Assembly: GCA_032718475.1 (NCBI GenBank)
Contig: JAUCBJ010002168.1
Coordinates: 1-64,000, forward strand
DNA length: 64,000 nucleotides
DNA from: Nemertoderma westbladi
Taxonomy: Eukaryota > Animalia > Xenacoelomorpha
Direction of reading: 5' to 3'
The notes below the pieces were generated by a model. It did not search any database. It was not told where the DNA came from and saw only the letters and a program-made list of their open reading frames with translations. The stretch's first letter is position 1; each line of letters starts with the position of its first letter. Made by a program: the position numbers and the translations under genes. Of the stretch, positions 11,042 through 20,777 are shown piece by piece.

Positions 11042-11570
11042 TACGTCTGGAGTGGGTGTATGTCTATATTATTTTATCTATTTTTATTACATTTTATATG
11101 TAAATGTTATTGTACGTTATTATAATCGTTTTTATTTAATTTTATTTAGTAAAATGTTATTTTAGAATATTTAGTAAATTAGTGCAATATATTAGTGTTT
11201 ATTACGTACTTAATTACTTATAATATATTTAGTGCGACGGCAAGAAATAATTATTTTTCTCTTTCCTTACTGTCCGTATTATATTATAAATGCGAGACTA
11301 TAGTAAGATGACATGTCAGTACTTATTAAAGTACAATAAAGCCACTACTATATTTAAGTATTATTGGTAGGCAGAGTATTAGGAATGCAAAGTTCAGATC
11401 CTCGTGTCTCGGCTAAACCAAGCTCTGGGTAGACCTTGGAAACGACTTGCCTCTTCACACTGACATTGCTTCGTGCGATATTGCTCTTCTACCTTATATT
11501 AAATAATACATATAGTAGCGTGATGTCCCTATAACAGTAGCGTAAAACGCAAATAAATCTGTTAAACCTT

Positions 11571-11842
11571 TTGACCATCTGTAATTCTAGTCGATTAAGA
11601 TATCGTGGCACCCACCGATATGCTTGAAAGACAAATTCTAGAATCAATGGTTAACGTCCCCAGACAAGTTCTGGAATAAATCGGTGCCCATCTTAAATAT
11701 TAATTTAATATTTATTAAAATCTGTAAAATTCAGATCCGTTAACAATTCTAGTCGATTAAGATATCGTAGCTCTTACCGATACTCTTAAAAGATAAATTT
11801 CATAGAATTAAGGATCCTATGTCCCCAGACCTGCTCTGGAAT
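11571..11842 (+). ncRNA. duplicated structured RNA motif (two ~110-nt copies) in the pol-cargo spacer
   Basis: Copies at ~11571-11688 and ~11734-11842 share AATTCTAGTCGATTAAGATATCGT and fold into the same multi-stem hairpin plus a CCAGA-N5-TCTGG hairpin, with compensatory changes. Confidence 0.6.
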
Positions 11843-12468
11843 CAAATTGTGTCAATTTTAACATCAAATAATAAAATTCACGGGAATAAATTTAAATTCA
11901 TACTTTAAATGAATTTCATAAATTGTCGTTTTGTGCAATTTATAACATTCCCAAAATTCCATTAATTAATAGATCACGGGAGCGGAGATTCATTCTATTG
12001 AGTGTATTAGAGTGCGAGAATCTCCAACATATAGTCAATAGCCGATAAAATTTATAAAATCATGCATAAAGAGGATATTGACAATTAAAGAATTACTATT
12101 AAATAGCATCCCAGATCTGTATGCATGAGAATTACCCTAATTCTACCGCTAGTTTTCCATAATGTCACCATGGCAACACCCACGCTAGAATTAGAAGCAA
12201 GTTAAAGGAATAATAAAAAGCTTGCCCCATTACGTAGCATAAGAGTATACATAGCGCACTATTAGTATCCAAGGATACATAGTAATAACGTGACATTCTG
12301 GAAGACACTGACTAACGGACAAATGGCATGCATGTGTGCAGTAAGTAATGATTGTATGGAATTTGTGCGTTTATAGGTGAATGTTACTACTAAAGTGTGT
12401 TTACAGTAGCTAATCGCAATTGTAAAGTAGCCCTAACTCTACCGAGATAACCTCAAGTGGATTCAAGC

Positions 12469-12590
12469 CTTTGGGACGGACAGTGGTGGGACTTGTGCCG
12501 GGTATCGTTGTCGTGCTGTTGCTACATGTTGGCGTAAACACTGCGACAACGGTACATCGGCGCTGAGAAACCCACTGTCCGGGGGCAAAG
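12469..12590 (+). ncRNA. long GC-rich stem-loop upstream of the cargo ORF
   Basis: CGGACAGTGG (12477-86) pairs with CCACTGTCCG (12572-81). Inner GTGCCG/CGGCGC and GTATCGTTGTCGT/GCGACAACGGTAC pair using G-U on the + strand. Confidence 0.6.
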
Positions 12591-12662
12591 CCTAGTAGGC
12601 AGCGACGCCCGCTTGCCTAAAATATTAACTCATATTGATATTAATAAACTCAGATAGCAGAT

Positions 12663-14855
12663 ATGACGGAATTGATAGAAGATGACCTTGGTATTAGAGA
12701 GCGATATACTCTACCTTTACAAGCATTTGTGGATAGCTTGATACGCGGTGAAGCCGATCCGACTATTACGGAGGACGATGGTCGTTATATCGAACCGCCG
12801 ATGTCCCAGGAACAACTTACGCGTGAATTGGACTATAGAAAATTCACCGCTCGCTATACGAATCGTAATGGTACGTATATGGACTTCTTAACTACCGGCC
12901 ATCCTACCGATTTACATGATACTGAAGATGTAGACACCGAAAGGGAAATGGTTTTATTTAAATATCATGCCCAGCGGAATCGTAATGATAAACCGAGAAT
13001 AGAACACGAGAACTCTATTCGCAACCTACTCGACAGAGAAAACGTTGAAGAACCCGATAAGCGTATCAACTTCAACGACTACTTGGAATTTTTGAGAGAA
13101 ACCTATCTCAATATTGCCAGTCAACAGAACCTAGAGACTCGATATCCTCAAGGTATGCATCACGATCCCATGGTAGAACTCAAACGACTCTATTTCACCA
13201 TGATGTATCTTACCGCAGATCGTCCACTGCCTGTTGTCCCGGACAGCTTTGAACAAATGGAAGAGTATTGCAAAACTGGAGAACGATCACCCGCGTTTCC
13301 TCTGCAGGACGTACGTCTTTGGTATTATTGTGACTCATGTCCTAGACCTAACCAGCAAACGGAAAGACATAAACATCCGCGGAGACGTTGTGCTAAACAC
13401 AGTTTTACGCGTTATACTTACGGGAGTTTCGAGCGAAACCTGTTCGACGTATCACCTACGATCGCCCGTCTAAAACGATCGCTAAATAAACCCATGATCA
13501 GAGTTCCGGAATACTCGGTCAGGCCTCCCCATTTCCCCGTGAGACCTCAAACTCTTGATCCTAACAGTATCACTGATCCTCCCGAGTTATATTCACTGTT
13601 CAAAGATTTGGTGTTACCCGAGCAGTTAATCGGTGGGGTTCCAGCGGTAGGTTCGTTAGATATTCGACCATCCTATTTAACCGGATTGGGACGCGGGCAT
13701 CTAACATCGCCATTTAATCCTTACAACCGGCCAGGATTAACTCCGATACAACCTGCCACGGAGGTCGAGGAGAGTGTCATCAGAAACGCTCTAGACGCCA
13801 TCCGACAGAAAATCGGAAAGGGAACCCAGGATTTTCTAGAGAAACGTAAGTTACAGCAGCAGGTCCAATCGGTTAAAGAGTTAGCCTTGCCGCAGTTTGA
13901 TAGAGAAATCCAAAACCTCGAAGAGGACATCGAGCTTGGACGTACGTATTCTCTACAGGAGTTTCTAGAAGAACGCTTACAGAAACAAGCGGAGGAAAAT
14001 CAACTAGAGGAGAAACATACGGAAATGGATGAGAGAGAAGAAGCCGCTTTAGCCCAACCCGAAGCTCAGATACTCATAACTGATCTCTACTCTAAAACCG
14101 TCCGTCATCCCTCGATGGTTCCGCATTTCGGAGACAAACTTTTCGCAAAGATACAACCCCAACCGGTTGATATCAGCATAAGATCACAAAATCTTATCGC
14201 TGACGCTCCTATGTTACAGCGTCCGCCAATTGAGGCCGCTCGAGTTGACGGTATACTCGTTGAACCTCCGGACAATCGAGCGGATCTTGTCCGTCGTATG
14301 GTACACGATGTCAACATACGCGCTAGACCTTTACAGAACTCTTTTTATGGAATTAAAGATCACCCTTATTACGTTAATCTGACTCAATATTATATGGTAA
14401 AACCAGAAGATCCGACGCATAATTTAAAGTTTCTACCACTAATAAATCCTCTGGACATTGTCGAACTCGAACAATTGCAAAAACATCTGGATCAGTTAGT
14501 AAAGGTAAACTCATTTCGAAAACCATATAACGTTTCTCGAATAGAGAAGGATACAGTACCCCCTTATAATCTCGATGGATTTATTAAAACTCGATTAGTC
14601 CATTGGAATCTAGACGTATTATTCGAGGAGGAGAAAATACAAAGATATGGAAATGTGGAGACGTATACCACTCGATACATGAAGTATAGTGATCTCCCTG
14701 ACGCTAATCAATGCGCCACCTTGTGGCATCCGGTAGGGATGACCCTCGAGAACGCCACCAAGGAGTGGAATGAAACTCTTAATATCATTGAGATGTATGG
14801 CGTTGTTACTTACGAACGACGAATAACGAAGGTAGCGTTCCAATCGGAGAATTAG
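12663..14855 (+). CDS. BEL cargo ORF, N-terminal part; unknown protein with a CxxC..H..C motif and coiled coil
   Basis: 730-aa intact ORF inside the LTRs with no signal peptide or TM segment visible. Probably continues into 14867-16924 through a -1 shift near 14815. Confidence 0.8.
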   Translation: MTELIEDDLGIRERYTLPLQAFVDSLIRGEADPTITEDDGRYIEPPMSQEQLTRELDYRKFTARYTNRNGTYMDFLTTGHPTDLHDTEDVDTEREMVLFKYHAQRNRNDKPRIEHENSIRNLLDRENVEEPDKRINFNDYLEFLRETYLNIASQQNLETRYPQGMHHDPMVELKRLYFTMMYLTADRPLPVVPDSFEQMEEYCKTGERSPAFPLQDVRLWYYCDSCPRPNQQTERHKHPRRRCAKHSFTRYTYGSFERNLFDVSPTIARLKRSLNKPMIRVPEYSVRPPHFPVRPQTLDPNSITDPPELYSLFKDLVLPEQLIGGVPAVGSLDIRPSYLTGLGRGHLTSPFNPYNRPGLTPIQPATEVEESVIRNALDAIRQKIGKGTQDFLEKRKLQQQVQSVKELALPQFDREIQNLEEDIELGRTYSLQEFLEERLQKQAEENQLEEKHTEMDEREEAALAQPEAQILITDLYSKTVRHPSMVPHFGDKLFAKIQPQPVDISIRSQNLIADAPMLQRPPIEAARVDGILVEPPDNRADLVRRMVHDVNIRARPLQNSFYGIKDHPYYVNLTQYYMVKPEDPTHNLKFLPLINPLDIVELEQLQKHLDQLVKVNSFRKPYNVSRIEKDTVPPYNLDGFIKTRLVHWNLDVLFEEEKIQRYGNVETYTTRYMKYSDLPDANQCATLWHPVGMTLENATKEWNETLNIIEMYGVVTYERRITKVAFQSEN

Positions 14856-14866
14856 GAACTACGCGC

Positions 14867-16924
14867 ATGATACACATACGCGGATTAGCTGGTTCCACTC
14901 ACGTGTTTACGCGAGCGTGTTCCGACGTGATCGATTATTCCTTTGAAACTCTCACCGAAACGCAAAAGAATCTCCGACATGGACAATTCGAACTCGCGCA
15001 GCGTTACGTCATTGACACCAAACGCAAACCGGCCATGGGTATCGATGGATCGATGTTACCCCAGCCCGTTCTCGAGATGTTATTCAACGAAAGAATCATT
15101 AAAATCGGCTCAGCTGTTTACGGAGATCTCCAAAACGACTTTCGGAATATGGAGAATATCCCCTATCCTTTCGTGGATACTCAGCTGATAGCTCCTTGGG
15201 CCGAAGGCCGAGGTTTCTTTCGCACCATGTATGCTAATGCGGCTAGCGACATTACAAAGGTGCAACGAACTTCCATCGGACATCTTGCCTTTCAGGAATA
15301 CGGGTGGAATTTCAAGGTCGGAAATCCCATCAACTATCAACAAGTATATGGAGACCATTATTCTCGATTATACTTTGACGGACCGTTGACCGCACCTGGC
15401 GCCGTGTATAGCTTCATGAGTGTTCCACTCCGTCCCTCCTTAGCTATCTACACGATCTTCGAAAACACCGCACTTTCTGGTTGGCTAGCCGATGTGTGCA
15501 GTCGCACTATACGCGCCCATCCATTAATCCTTGGGACCAAACTCGCTAAGCTAGATGAACATAATAAATTCATCCGCTTTGAATGTTTCCGACGGTTTTT
15601 AACCCCGTTTCGCAACGTGGATAGCCAATTCAAAGAACGCGCTTTGACCAAGCTCAGCTTAAGAGACTCGGCTGCGGAGAAGTTAGATAGCGCTGGATTT
15701 GCTATTTTCAAAGACATTTGTATAATAAACCTGCACTCCTCGGTTATCCAAAGACCTCGGATCCCCACCGGTTATTCTGTCGTGGAAATTCAGACGATAG
15801 GTCCACTTGAGGAGACAGCCACGCCTACCTCAACTATACAAGGGGAAGACGAACCCATATGTTTAGAATCTGAAGAGATTCAGCCCCCCACGTCTCGGAG
15901 TAGCGATAGCGACTACATATTGGAATGGTATCAAGGTCCCCAGTGTCTTACTGCGTATGATTATCGCCATGCCAATTATGTTTCTAGACAACGTTGTCGG
16001 CTGTGCGCATCGAGAGACCATATTACGTCTATGGACACCAACGATCTTTGTTCCTATTTCCATGAGCAACCGTCGATGGAAATCTATTGTGCATATTGTC
16101 GGCTTAATAATTTGCACATTTTTGCTGTCTGCCCCCAATTTATGACTCAATGCCATCATTGTCAATTAAAAGGACACGCCAGCTTTGATTGTCCCTTTAA
16201 CCATGATTTAGAGAGCGTAGATGAAATGATTGTACTACGTTATATCAGAGCTTGGGAAGCGAACGCTGATTTACATTGTGATTCACGCCATCGCTATTAC
16301 CCTGGACGCGCTTACGAAGGAGTTTATGCGTTCCATCCTTATTTGTTTGCCTCCGTCGAGCAGAAATCACGCCTATCAAGTTATGAACTACTGAAGCGCG
16401 TTGGAGAATGTATTTCAACCAAATATGTACGCAAATTTCTCAGGAGCATTAATCCGAGTGACATCAATTCTTACAACTTAATAAACTTTATCCGTCAAGA
16501 TCCGGCCTATGGAGACTTATTTGTCAACTCACACCCCGAGTTACAGGAAGTATATCGACGGCCTTACGAGTACAGAGCCCACGAACGCGAGTTGGAAAGA
16601 ACCATTAAACCAAGGAAGTTTCTAACTGCCTATGGTCCACCCACGGCCCTCGTTCAGACCACTCGTAAAGGACCCGTAAGAGCGGCTGTCTTGAAACGAG
16701 CTCTCAGAGCCGTTAGACCCCTCTCCCCGGACGTTGATGTCAATCAACCCGGTACTTCTACCGGCGGATATACCGATCGTAATCCCATACCTTCTGATAC
16801 AATCATATTGCACCCTTCACCCAGGAGTTATAGCCCTCCTTGTAAAGTGGCTCGCCCCAAAGAGAAAAGGACTCTTGCTAGCTTTAAAAAACTGCGTAAA
16901 CGCCGTCCGCGCAAGAAAGACTAA
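14867..16924 (+). CDS. BEL cargo ORF, C-terminal part; degenerate DEDDy (WRN/EXD-type) 3'-5' exonuclease-like domain, three CCHC knuckles, basic tail
   Basis: LPQPVLEMLFNERIIKIGSAVYGDL...FVDTQLIA...SIGHLA resembles the WRN-exo core. Knuckles CRLCASRDH..C, CAYCRLNNLHIFAVC, CHHCQLKGHASFDC. Tail KKLRKRRPRKKD. Frame is open from 14792. Confidence 0.7.
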   Translation: MIHIRGLAGSTHVFTRACSDVIDYSFETLTETQKNLRHGQFELAQRYVIDTKRKPAMGIDGSMLPQPVLEMLFNERIIKIGSAVYGDLQNDFRNMENIPYPFVDTQLIAPWAEGRGFFRTMYANAASDITKVQRTSIGHLAFQEYGWNFKVGNPINYQQVYGDHYSRLYFDGPLTAPGAVYSFMSVPLRPSLAIYTIFENTALSGWLADVCSRTIRAHPLILGTKLAKLDEHNKFIRFECFRRFLTPFRNVDSQFKERALTKLSLRDSAAEKLDSAGFAIFKDICIINLHSSVIQRPRIPTGYSVVEIQTIGPLEETATPTSTIQGEDEPICLESEEIQPPTSRSSDSDYILEWYQGPQCLTAYDYRHANYVSRQRCRLCASRDHITSMDTNDLCSYFHEQPSMEIYCAYCRLNNLHIFAVCPQFMTQCHHCQLKGHASFDCPFNHDLESVDEMIVLRYIRAWEANADLHCDSRHRYYPGRAYEGVYAFHPYLFASVEQKSRLSSYELLKRVGECISTKYVRKFLRSINPSDINSYNLINFIRQDPAYGDLFVNSHPELQEVYRRPYEYRAHERELERTIKPRKFLTAYGPPTALVQTTRKGPVRAAVLKRALRAVRPLSPDVDVNQPGTSTGGYTDRNPIPSDTIILHPSPRSYSPPCKVARPKEKRTLASFKKLRKRRPRKKD

Positions 16925-16994
16925 CTGTTTAGAGTATTTTTATATTTTAGAAACTGTGATTTTGTATATTTTATAGACTTAAATCCCATTTTCT

Positions 16995-17002
16995 GGGAGC
17001 GG
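16995..17002 (+). promoter_or_regulatory. polypurine-tract-like plus-strand primer site
   Basis: GGGAGCGG directly abutting the TGT LTR start. Confidence 0.6.
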
Positions 17003-18192
17003 TGTAAAAGCTTTTGTGGGATAACTGATTCGTTTGCCTTGCCAACCAGTTCCCCCCCTGTCGCTGAATACTCTAAAAAGGGATACCTAGCTAGAATAGT
17101 GTAAGCTACCAGCTTATTGGCTGATGTGCTGTACGGAAGTATCTGGGCTCCGTTTAATCGGCCAACCAGCTTAGGGAGGTTGCCTCAGCCCTGCTGTCCT
17201 TATCTGCCAATAGAATTTGAGTGGGCGTTGATTTCGACCTATCCCAGAGCTACTGAACTGAATTTCCTATCTCTATGCTCATCCTCTGTGTTGGACGGGA
17301 GCTTTGGGGAATAAGGGTAGTTGGTATCCTTGTATAGGGAGCTAGTCATATGATTCTTTATATGATTCTGTTGTTATGTTCCCATTTTTCGCCATAACAC
17401 CGGCTTTTGGGAAGAACTCCAGTAAAACTGCTTAAATTATCGAAAGTATAACTGTTACCTAGTCACTAGTCTTAATCACTTAATTTAACTGCACTAATCA
17501 TATTGTTTGTACTGTTATTTACCGTCAGTTATTAATTGTATCTATTTGTTGATGAAATATTGCCCTTTGGAGAATACGGATAAATCACCCAAAAATTCCC
17601 AATTTTCTTGATACACTACAGGTTAGAGAGACAGGCTATATATAACAATTGCGATTTATATTAATGTGGTGTGTATTGAATCTAATGTTATTTAGCAGAC
17701 CCTACATGAGTCAATTGCTGCTCTCTTTATGTGTGATCAAATATACTGACGGTCGGCAGAATAGTGTGCATGATTGTGATTGGTAACAAAGTATTTCCTA
17801 AAGAATGCGCCTTATACTTTAATCATAAGCGGTATCGTTGCGTTTAGTATAAGTCCTAGTTCTGTTTAAATAGATAGAGCGCCACGTCCCAAAGGAACTG
17901 TTAATATTTCCCGAAAGCCAATAATATCTGTCAGAAATTAATTATTAACGATCTATCGAATAATACAGTAGGTTTACACTGCAACCTTACACTGCAATAA
18001 TAAAATTTAAGCATCCGAATTCAGCCTCCCGGGTGTAGATCCATCGGGTGAATGATCGCGCATGGGCTGACTTCGGCTAATGTTTTGTTTATTAGCATAA
18101 AATATTGTCGTATGCTAAAGGTGTTTTAATTAACTAAAAGACATATAAATTTTGGCGGGTTAAACTGCTAAAGGTCTTCAAAAGCGCGAACA
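17003..18192 (+). repeat. 3' LTR (~1190 bp, TG...CA)
   Basis: Starts TGTAAAAGCTTTT directly after purine-rich GGGAGCGG and ends AAAAGCGCGAACA (imperfect terminal inverted repeat). The right boundary is where identity with the 5' copy ends. Confidence 0.85.
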
Positions 18193-19479
18193 ACAAGGCA
18201 AGGCAGCAAGGTACCGTAATGCAATTTTTAAGGCATCTCCGAGCAGGCAGCAGGCTTAAGACACTTTTCGAGCACGCCACATTGGCACGATTTTATTGTA
18301 AAGCGCGCCGCCGGATTAATCCGGCGCAAAGTGTATAGGCCTAGGCCTACTGTAGTCTAAGTATTCCAGTCTGGCCTCTGGGGGGGGGGTATTGGCAGAA
18401 ACCTAAAAGTAGCTGTAATTATAGAATCAACCTTCAGATTCATCTGAAATTTGATAGGCGTGGCCTATCTGCCTATGGCAGTACCGGTATGGGATAGGCA
18501 TTGCTGAATAAATAAATTCTGCTCACAGACACACTTTTAAAGTTCCTCTTTCTGCCGCTAGGGTCGAATGACTAGGCAGCTAGGTCCACTAATTGTACCT
18601 CTACGCAAAGGATCATCTAGACTTACGTGCTGCGCGAAGTCCCCACAAGACATTAGAGACAAACTGACAGATCTGCCACAACCAAGTAAAGCAAACTCCA
18701 AAATGCGGTAATAGGCCTATCACATTTGAGGCACAGTGGTAAGAACTTTTTTGATCGATTCCCCTATTGCCTATGGCTATGCCTGTGGCGAACCACTAAT
18801 ACTTTTTTTTTCAAATTTTGATGATTGATTCCCCTATGCCCATGGCGAACCACTTATACTTTTTTCAAAAGTTTATTGATTCAGCTACGTCCACACACAG
18901 AAAACCACTCCATTTCAAAGTGTATTGATTCCTCTATGCCCTTATTAAGAAATCGAATTATTTGAAAGTTTAGTTATTAACGTTTTATTTATTTATTAAT
19001 AGTAGTAATAATAACAATACTTGATGAGCATACATTGCAGTGTAATATTGCAGTGCAGTACCGGTATTGCATATAATTAACTAATTAACTAAAACTGCTA
19101 ATTAACTACTGAAACTGAACTATGTATTAATAAATGGCACAAACTGCAAATTGATTTATTATTGTACAAAATGCCACAATTCCTAAAAATATGCACTGGA
19201 ATATAATAATTGCTTAATAATAATTTGAGGAAGACTTAAAAAATCGTACTAAAAAAACTATTATTATGAATTTATTAATTATCTATTACATGAATAATAC
19301 TTACTGACTTAATATAAAATACCAAAACAAATGACTGTAAAGTAACTCACAACATAATTATAATGCAAGATATATTATTTAAAAATATATCATCAAAAAT
19401 ATTCATCATCAGTGCTGGCAGAGAGATTGCCGCTTCTGCATCTGGTGCTTGTGCATCTCCACATGACTGCATGAGCAGT

Positions 19480-19805
19480 TAGGGACCATCCTTACTTAAG
19501 CAATAAAAATTATTGCTTAAATAAGGAATGTTGAAAATCCGGTAATTTTTTCCTTGCTTAAATAAGCAATTTTTTATTTTTCAAATCACAAAATCTCAAT
19601 TTAAAAATCAGAAAAATTTTTCGCGCAGGATTTTATTTGATGAAAAGAAAGAGCGAAAAATTCTGCATAAGATGGTGAAATCGCATAAAATTTTTAAAAT
19701 TATATGCCTTGCTTAATTAAGCAATATCTTTCAAAATGACAAATGTTGCTTAAATAAGGAATATGTGTAGCGCTTTTCAATTTTATTGCTTATTTAAGCA
19801 ATTTC
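19480..19805. repeat. cluster of palindromic TTGCTTA(A/T)(A/T)TAAGCAA motifs, probable DNA-transposon subterminal region
   Basis: Motif or half-motif recurs at ~19512, 19554, 19709, 19746 and 19786. Confidence 0.5.
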
Positions 19806-20777
19806 ATAAAAAATACAAACAAATAATATAAACTCTCCTAACCTAAAAATTGCAATTATGTGTACTGTGGGAGTGTGGGTCGAGCCATGAAGTAAAGTGA
19901 GCCTTAGCATTGGGGTATTATGTATTAATCACTTCAGTCTGGCAGTACTGTACAGTACTAAAGTATGCCAACATCATGTCAAAACTACAACAATAGGCCT
20001 ACTACCGGTACTACACTCTCCAATTTTTTTAAATAAAAAAATTATTTAATCGCAGGGAAATTATATGTATAGGAAGGGAAATATACTGCACAAGTTGGTA
20101 TTGGAGCCACCCTCAGAAAGTGAAAAGTTTGAAAGTGAAAACAATCAATCTGACTCACTCTCAAAAAGTTGTGAATGCCAGGTATTTTGCATTCTAGGCC
20201 TACATGTACCGTACTACTGTACTAAGTTGTCTATAGATGCCTACAGCTCTCCAGCAATGGCAGCAAAAGCAGCCGGGTGTACCGGTAATTAATGGTTACA
20301 TTTGTCTTTATTTATTTGAAATTATATTAAATTATTATTATTATTATATTAAATTATTATATTATTATATTAAATTATTATTATTATTATTATTATATTA
20401 TTATATTAAATTATAATCTGATAATTGAGACTGTGAGAAGACTCATTGAACTACAAGCTAAATGAGATGCCGAAGAACACGCTCTATTGATAAAACTGAG
20501 CTTAAACATTAAGTTCAAGATTCACCAACAGGATTGCTATATCGGGATAGACAGGAGGGTTAAACACTTATTCCACATACATGCCCAGGTTGGCCGGTCG
20601 GGTAGTTGTTTTTCCAATATCAATCGTCCTTGGAGTGGGTGATCGGTTATGGTAAGATATACTCGTCTGCTCGTATCGCGATACATTCACATACATACAC
20701 TGATACATTCACTGTTCGTTCAGTCATTGGTGGGTCGCTAGAAACTGGTATACGCCTCCAACTAAATTACTAGATGC

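Larger units (their letters stand above)
26..18192 (+). mobile_element. BEL/Pao LTR retrotransposon with extra 3' cargo ORFs (5' end incomplete or interrupted at window start)
   Basis: Direct repeats 26-752 and 17466-18192 flank gag (BEL triple zinc knuckle), PR, RT, RH and IN in BEL order. PPT-like tract precedes the 3' LTR. Confidence 0.95.

Noticed and set aside
11571-11842. Hammerhead or HDV ribozyme call
   Set aside because: No CUGANGA core with matching stems or HDV nested pseudoknot recognised; left as an unclassified structure.
12663-16924. env gene of the BEL element
   Set aside because: No N-terminal signal peptide, no transmembrane anchor and no furin/fusion-peptide arrangement; CCHC knuckles and a basic tail point to a nucleic-acid-binding protein.
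20325-20415. ATT-rich tract as a functional element
   Set aside because: Ordinary degenerate microsatellite.
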